64,000 nucleotides of DNA from Macrostomum lignano (Eukaryota): NCBI GenBank assembly GCA_002269645.1, contig NIVC01000013.1, forward strand, positions 434,001-498,000. Direction: 5' to 3'. The notes beneath the pieces are model-generated. The model saw nothing but the letters and a program-made list of their open reading frames with translations, did not search any database and was not told where the DNA came from. Of this stretch, positions 57,072-64,000 are shown piece after piece; the stretch's first letter is position 1; each line of letters starts with the position of its first letter. Position numbers and translations under genes: made by a program.

Positions 57072-60000
57072 ATGTCAATTCGAATTAATGAAGACGAGGA
57101 AGATTCGCCATTGCTGGCTGGTGTGTATTCTGATGCTACTTCAGCTGCACTCCAGAATGAAAGCAATTCGTAAGTTTCGTACAGATTAATGTTTCCTTTT
57201 TTGATTAAAAAAGTAGTAGAATAAGAATAAAAAAACTATAAAACCCTATGCTATCCATGTATTTTTTTAAGTTTTTTTGAGTATTATCTTGGAGAGTATG
57301 CTAAAATGACCTACATGTCTATAAATAAAGAACAAACTTGTTCTGTAAAGCTTTTAACTTAACAATTAATTTTTTCAGATCAGTGTCAATCAACAGGAGT
57401 CCAGCTGATGAAACCTACAGATGGAAGTCGATTAGACTTTGTTACTTGACATTCTTTATATCTAGCTTGGGTTTTTCAATTTGTTTGTCTTCAATTTGGC
57501 CATATCTGCAACAAGTAAGTTAAAGAATCTTTAAATTTTTGTGTTATTTTATTTGGATAAAAATAGTATTATATTTTATTATTTCATGTTAGAAAAGACT
57601 GACAAATACAAAATATTTATTATAACTTAAATAAATATCATTGATTTTAAATTAAAATTAAAACTTATTTTTTATTAAGACAAAAAATGCTAGAGTTTGA
57701 CGTCTTTTATTCTATTAAGATGCTCCAAAAATCAGTTACAGAGGTAGTGTTTTAATATACAATAATAAATTCTAGCTTTTTTATTCTAAATTATCTTTGT
57801 GTGTACTATTTTTTATTAATCAACCAAAGTTCAAAGATTTTATATTTAGTTAAATTTGGTTTGCTTTAGATAGGCACTGGTTCAAATTATTAAATTAACT
57901 CAGCAAATCATAATAATGCATTAATTTTCACTTTCAAACAGGTGGACACTGAATCAAATGAAGCCTTCCTAGGCTGGGTGGTTGCCGCCTTCAGCTTGGG
58001 CCAACTGATTGCCAGCCCAATCCTTGGCTTGCTATTCAACGTGATGAAGCAGGCCAGAATCCCTATTCTAATCTCCCTAGTGATCAGCCTGTTTGGCAGC
58101 GCTCTATACGCTTATGTACACATATTCCCAACCAATCGCAGATTTGTACTATTAGTGTCCCGCTTTGTCATTGGTCTCGGCGCTGGAAATGGCGCCGTGA
58201 TTAGAAGTTTCGTGTCTGGCGCCACCACGGTGGCCGAGCGCACTGAAGTGATGGCCAAAGTGTCCATCTGCCAGTCGCTGGGGTTTATTGTTGGCCCTGC
58301 GGTGCAGGCTGTATTCACGCTACTGGGCTATCCTGGCCCTGTGCATGGCGCTGCGCTACAGATCAACATGTACACCTCTGCCGGGCTGCTGTCCTTTCTC
58401 ATGGGTGAGCTCATCCTCTGAACCGCTTCTAACTCTCCCCTGTGCCCCTCTCACTAATTAAAATTGTATATTCTTTCATTTTCACTTTCAATTACAGCTA
58501 TCGGAAACATCGTTTTGATTGCTGTCTTCTTCAAAGAGTTCTTTTTCGAGACTGACACGATGGACAGATCTTTGGCTAATCCGGCTAGCATCAGTGAGTT
58601 TTTATCAGTGCTTTGCGGTTGTTTGCTGTCGTTGATATTATCGACTTCATTTTTTACCACAGCAAAAATATCCCCAGTTGCTGGCCCAGCCGCCCAGATC
58701 CTCAGTTGCTGGGCCAGCCTCCCAGAGTGTCAGTTGCTTGGCCAGCCTCCCAGATCCTCAGTTGCTGGGCCAGCTTCCCAGATCCTCAGTTGCTGGGCCA
58801 GCTTCCCAGATCCTCAGTTGCTGGGCCAGCCTCCCAGATCCTCAGTTGTTGGGCCAGCTTCCCAGATCCTCAGTTGCTGGGCCAGCCTCCCAGATCCTCA
58901 GCTGCTGGGCCAGCCTCCCAGATCCTCAGCTGCTGGGCCAGCCTCCCAGATCCTCAGTTGCTGGGCCAGCCTCCCAGATCCTCAGTTGCTGGGCCACAAT
59001 CCCAGATCCTCAGTTGCTGTGTCACCACCCTCTCAGATCTTTAGTTGCTGGGCCTCCCCGATCCTCAGTCTCCCATACTCCTAGATGCGATCTTCAAACT
59101 TCTTCATCACTGGAAGCGCCATCTCATTGCAGACTCGGATGCAGCTGAACAACTCCAGCATCAGCAGACAGACAGCCAGACCAAGCCGGACACTTTGGCT
59201 GCCCTCATCTGCATCTTCACGTTCTGCGTTCTGTTTTTCAATTTTTCAACGCTGGAAACGTGAGTTTATGGTTTTTAGAGGAGCTGCTCAAAATTGCCTG
59301 TAAAATATTCTGTGAATTTTCTGTGCTCTGAGTTCAACAGAACCTCAAGAAAATTCATTGCAATCATTGCTTTTTACACCATATATTGCTAACTGAAATT
59401 GCATTAAGGCGAAGACAAGACTAGATTAAAAAAACATTTTTTTAGATAAGCCAGTTAAGCCAATGGACTTTAATTATTGATATGACACGCTTCTTTCTTG
59501 CGTCAAGAACTTTGACTGTCAGTATAGTAGGAGTTTCATTTTGGCAATACGTCTTATCTCAAATTTTTGGCATTCTGCCTGTAGCTGCACCGCTTTCACT
59601 TCTGCATTGCAGTATCATGACCCCGCTGAGTCAGGTCATGTTCGCCTGGAATAAGGAGCAGGCATCGCTGTACAATGGCATCGCTCTGGCCGTCTGCGGC
59701 TTCATCTCCATGGTGTCTTTTATATCTATTAGGTGCTGGACTAAAATGTGAGTGGCGAGATAAATTGATTGATAGATAGATATGTGCAGATAGATCAGCA
59801 GATAGATCAGCAGATAGATCAGCAGATAGATCAGCAGATACTCGTAGATCAGCAGATAGATCAGCAGAGAGTTCAGCAGATAGATCAGCAGATAGAGCAG
59901 CAGATAGATCAGCAGATAGATCAGCAGATAGATCAGCAGAGAGTTCAGCAGATAGATCAGCAGATAGAGCAGCAGATAGATCAGCAGATAGATCAGCAGA

Positions 60001-61218
60001 TAGATCAGCAGATAGAGCAGCAGATAGATCAGCAGATAGATCAGCAGATAGATCAGCAGAGAGTTCAGCAGATAGATCAGCAGATAGAGCAGCAGATAGA
60101 TCAGCAGATAGATCAGCAGATAGAGCAGCAGAGAGTTCAGCAGATAGATCAGCAGATAGAGCAGCAGAGAGTTCAGCAGATAGATCAGCAGATAGATCAG
60201 CAGATAGATCAGCAGATAGATCAGCAGAGAGTTCAGCAGATAGATCAGCAGATAGAGCAGCAGATAGATCAGCAGATAGATCAGCAGAGAGTTCAGCAGA
60301 TAGATCAGCAGATAGAGCAGCAGATAGATCAGCTGATAGAATAGCAGATAGATCAGCAGATAGATCAGTAGATAGAGCAGCAGATAGTTCAGCATAGATC
60401 AGCAAAAATATCAGCAGATAGATCAGCAGCCACCCCTTCCCCACCCAGCCTGACGGAGAACGATCTGATAGTGGCCGCCCTGACCCTGACCTTCGCGGCC
60501 TTCATGCTGCTGACCCCGTGGGTCGGACTGCCGGCCCCGCTGAGCTCCTACTTCATCGTCAACGGCACCGCCAGCGACGGCAGCGCCGGCCTGCCGATTC
60601 GAGTCGAGGACCACTCAGGCGGCTGCTCGCCAGCTCTGCCCTGGTGCTACCGAGTGCCTGCGGTGAAGCTGCCCCTGGCAATTCTGGCCATCGCTGTGCA
60701 CTCAGTTGGCTATCCTATCGCCATAGTGCTGGCTCCCTCCGTGCTCACGAAAATTCTTGGCCAAATTCGACAAGTGAGTGATAATTTATAGATGAGTCAA
60801 TAGACAGAGATATGACCTCATTTAAACAATCTGTACACTCATGAGTCATAGACAGAGATATGACCTCATTTGAGCAATCTGTACACTCATGAGTCATAGA
60901 CAGAGATATGACCTCATTTAAACAATCTGTACACTCATGAGTCATAGACAGAGAGACATATGACCTCATTTAAACACACAGGGCGTGTGGATGGGCCTCC
61001 TCACAGGCGGGGGCAGCTTGGCTCGCTGCATCGGCCCCATAGTGGTGAGCCTTCTATTCTCCGGCTACGGACCGCAAGCCTCTTTTCTAACCAGCTCAGG
61101 CCTCGTCCTACTCAGCCTGATTGCCGTTGTCGCGTTCGCTAAACGACTCGTACCGTTCGACGTTTATCGGATGCGAAGAATGCGCCTAGGCGGCTATGGG
61201 ACCTACGCCGAGATCTGA
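57072..61218 (+). CDS. MFSD8: Major facilitator superfamily domain-containing protein 8 (CLN7, lysosomal); exons 57072-57169, 57379-57514, 57942-58404, 58498-58593, 59085-59259, 59613-59747, 60449-60773, 60982-61218
   Basis: N-terminal acidic dileucine signal EDEEDSPLL, then [17 protein letters not shown]|[37 protein letters not shown]|IMTPL and [19 protein letters not shown]. These match MFSD8 as recalled. All seven introns are GT-AG and phase-consistent. Confidence 0.93.
58670..59070 (+). repeat. 28-bp minisatellite family X, about 14 units, in MFSD8 intron 58594-59084
   Basis: Same unit as the arrays at 10742-13570 and 52845-53770. Confidence 0.95.
59770..60430. repeat. 12-bp minisatellite (CAGCAGATAGAT and variants), about 54 copies, in MFSD8 intron 59748-60448
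   Basis: Direct reading. Confidence 0.95.
60793..60975. repeat. 48-bp tandem repeat, about 3.5 copies, filling MFSD8 intron 60774-60981
   Basis: GAGTCATAGACAGAGATATGACCTCATTTAAACAATCTGTACACTCAT is repeated; the last unit runs into the acceptor ACACAG. Confidence 0.92.
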
Positions 61219-62973
61219 ACGTAAAGGACATGCACCCGACCTAATTTAAAGAAAAACCTAATCAAATATGATAGGAGAATCTCGTGTTGAAGGGAAATCC
61301 TGTATCTAAAGATTGATCCCGTATGTAGGATCACTCTCATATATAAGACAAATCATGGTTGTAATTGAAATCCCATGTCTAGGGTTCATTAAAATACAGC
61401 AATTCGTCGATATTAGGCTAGCAAAATCATTACCATTTTAGGTAAAATTCCATGTATATAAAATGGAAATTTCCTAGTTAGAGTATTAATGAAAAAAGTG
61501 AATTTCTTCCTTGATAAAGAAATTAGAGTATTTTCTGTATAGTTTGTTTTAATTAACTAGTTTAAATTTAGTGCATCCTTTGCTATTTAAAAAGTTTCAA
61601 TTTGGAATTGCCGCGTTGACTCGCAAAATTTCAACTACACTTTCATATAAATTTGGAACCTTTAAATAGCTGTAATTATTTAATTTTAATTTTATTGTAA
61701 CCTACCTGTACTTCTCTGGCTGTAGTCGAATTTATGTCTATTAGAAATATCAGTTCCCACAATGTTAATAAAAGTTGGTAACAATTAACTTTCTGTTTTT
61801 TGTTTTGCGTATTATAACAAATCAACATTTTTTCTGAATTCTATTGCTCCACAATTTGATCAAAATATTAAATTTTATGTATCTCAATTTCTAGTTTATT
61901 GCAGAACTCGAAATTAAATCGCCTCATTTTTTATTTTCATAAACGAAAAAGATAAGTGGATGTGACGACAGCAAATACGGCATTTAATCACTTTCGACTG
62001 ATGCATATCCGCTTCAAATTTAATCGATTTTCGCCACAGTTTTCATGCTTAAACATTTTATTATATTATTAAACATTTTATCCAGTTTTAATTGCTTTAT
62101 AATTAATTCTATTGTATTCATAAAATGCGTTAGTTTGTTACTGATGAAATTACTTGTCTGGTAGTGCTTTAAGAATTTTTAATGTATGAATTCAGCCTCC
62201 ACAAAGGTGTAACTATTTTATAAATAAAGGTACAAGAAGAAATGTCTTGTTAAGGTCTTTTTTCAAAAACTTTCAAATTACATTTTTTTAAATTGATTGG
62301 TTGTAAACACGAAGAAGCAGTGAATTTATGTAATTTGCACAGCAGGAAAGTAGCACGATATAATTATAAAAACTATTATAAAAAGTTAAAATTTAAACAA
62401 ATAGATAAGCGCAGCGGAATAAGCAAGTGCAATAAAGTTTATAAGCACCATATAAGCCTGGTACAACAAAATTCAACATTTAATTCAAGCGCTAGATGTA
62501 GAAGAAAAATTACGTGGAAAAGCCGGTTTAGAGTAAAATGATACTTTTTATAATTAAAATTTTTCGATTATTTTTCGATATTTTTCGATTATAGTTTTCG
62601 ATTATTGATATCTTTTATATATATTTATCGTCAAAGTTTAGTCAATTGGAAGACAATTAAAACAAATAGGAACAAAAACATATAAGCAAAATTAAAACAA
62701 AATTAAAGTTAAGTTAAATTGAGATTTTATTGCTATTGGGTTTAAAGAACTATTAGGAACTACATAAATTTCTGCATGCAGAGGCGCAAAAACGCTGAAG
62801 TTAATCACAAATTAAAACTGCTACTAAAACCAAAATAAAATAGTTTTATGTCAGAAATATCATCACAAATTTATTTGCATTTAAAAAAATGTTCTAAATT
62901 AAATTATAAAAGATTTCGTTAAATATATCGTTTCAAAATTACTAAAACATAAAAGTAATTGCTTGCTTAAATG

Positions 62974-63883
62974 TCATTCAGATTTCTTTCGCAGAGGCTG
63001 AACCCAGATGATCAACTGGGCCAAGGGCAGTATAGCTGCTAGGCCGCCAATGCTGTAGCTTAAAGTTGGACCGTAGAGCCAGAAAGCTGAAAAAATCAAT
63101 AAAATACGCAAGTCTGCAAGTAACTTTGATAGCCTTAAGAGTACAAGTAGACAGTAATGATTTTTATAACTAACTTTTAAAACATTTTTCAATTATATAT
63201 TACATCAGTTATTCACCCATAAGAACCACATTTAAAGCCTATTTAGTAATTTTTTTTGAAAATTCTACTTTTAGAATACTGCAAGTAGGCAAGCAGCGAA
63301 TTTTATTAACAAATTATTAAAATTTTATTTATAGCTTACTGCAAGTAGGCAGGCAACGACTTTATTAAAATTTTATTTATAGCTTACTGCAAGTAGGCAA
63401 GCTACGAATTTTATAACCCAAACCCAAACTTACCAAGCGAAGCAAACAGAGGACCGACAGCTCGAGCCAACGAGCCCAAGGATCTGAGCACGCCAAGCGC
63501 TTGACCCTGCGACTCGGGCGGAGCCAGCTGCGACAGCATAGCGGTCAGAGCTGGCACGGGACAAGCGGAGCACATTGAGAATAACAATACGCCAATGTAG
63601 AAGACCGATTGGCCAGTTGCATTGCCTAGCAACAAGCCGGCCGGGCACAGAGCGGCAATGGCTAAGCTGGCCAGTTTGAGCTCCGAACCAGCTCGAACCC
63701 GACGAACCAAGCCGCCTTGAAGGAGGGCGCTGGTCACGCCGATGCACAGAAACATGACGCCCTGCTGGCCCCGGCTGAATCCCAGGCGTAGGTGGGCCAA
63801 GAATGGCAGCGTGAACTCCAGGCCAGAGAATAGCGTTAGGAATAGAAAATACACCAGGGCGATGTGGCGCATCTGACCTCGCT
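62974..63883 (-). CDS. MFSD10: MFS domain-containing protein 10 (tetracycline-transporter-like), last two exons 63434-63883 and 62974-63086; 5' part beyond the window
   Basis: LVYFLFLTLFSGLEFTLPFL..QQGVMF..GVLRSLGSLARAVGP..FWLYG matches human MFSD10 (LVYFLYLFLFSGLEYTLSFL..GTLRSLGALARAAGP..YWLAG, as recalled). The intron 63087-63433 is phase 1. The gene is convergent with MFSD8. Confidence 0.9.
63275..63415. repeat. Three copies of an AT-rich unit containing TACTGCAAGTAGGCA, in the last MFSD10 intron
   Basis: Direct reading. Confidence 0.8.
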
Positions 63884-64000
63884 CTGGAAGCGATTGTGTA
63901 CATGAAACTGGCATTGATGTGCTATCGATTATAGTAGCATTCACAAGTGAGATTCACAATGTGATTCACTGTGATTCACGCATCCTTCACGATGAGGTTC

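Overview
This is eukaryotic (metazoan) genomic DNA. The intron/exon style, the minisatellite-filled introns and an RTE-like retrotransposon remnant suggest the free-living flatworm Macrostomum; that assignment is inference and was not searched. I reconstructed spliced genes by hand from GT-AG sites and phase continuity. Minus strand: LRRC49 (3' end runs off the window), a class I PI3K p110 catalytic subunit, TYW1, a DPY30-motif/ankyrin protein and the 3' end of MFSD10. Plus strand: a TACC-domain gene and MFSD8/CLN7. Between TYW1 and TACC is an AT-rich accessory tract. It holds a mariner deletion derivative, two MITEs with 8-bp target-site duplications, an RTE-like remnant, an orphan ORF and an intronless, WW-less PCIF1/CAPAM-like methyltransferase with an intact NPPF motif. 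Most long ORFs in the supplied track are artefacts of tandem repeats. Two observations stand out. (1) The compact, intronless PCIF1-like N6-adenine methyltransferase sits among mobile-element debris. (2) Most long introns carry their own minisatellite, and one 28-bp family recurs in introns of three unrelated genes, always sense to the host transcript; in PI3K it supplies the splice donor itself. A TYW1-to-PI3K polycistron/trans-splicing arrangement is a further candidate. No rRNA, tRNA or CRISPR features are supported.
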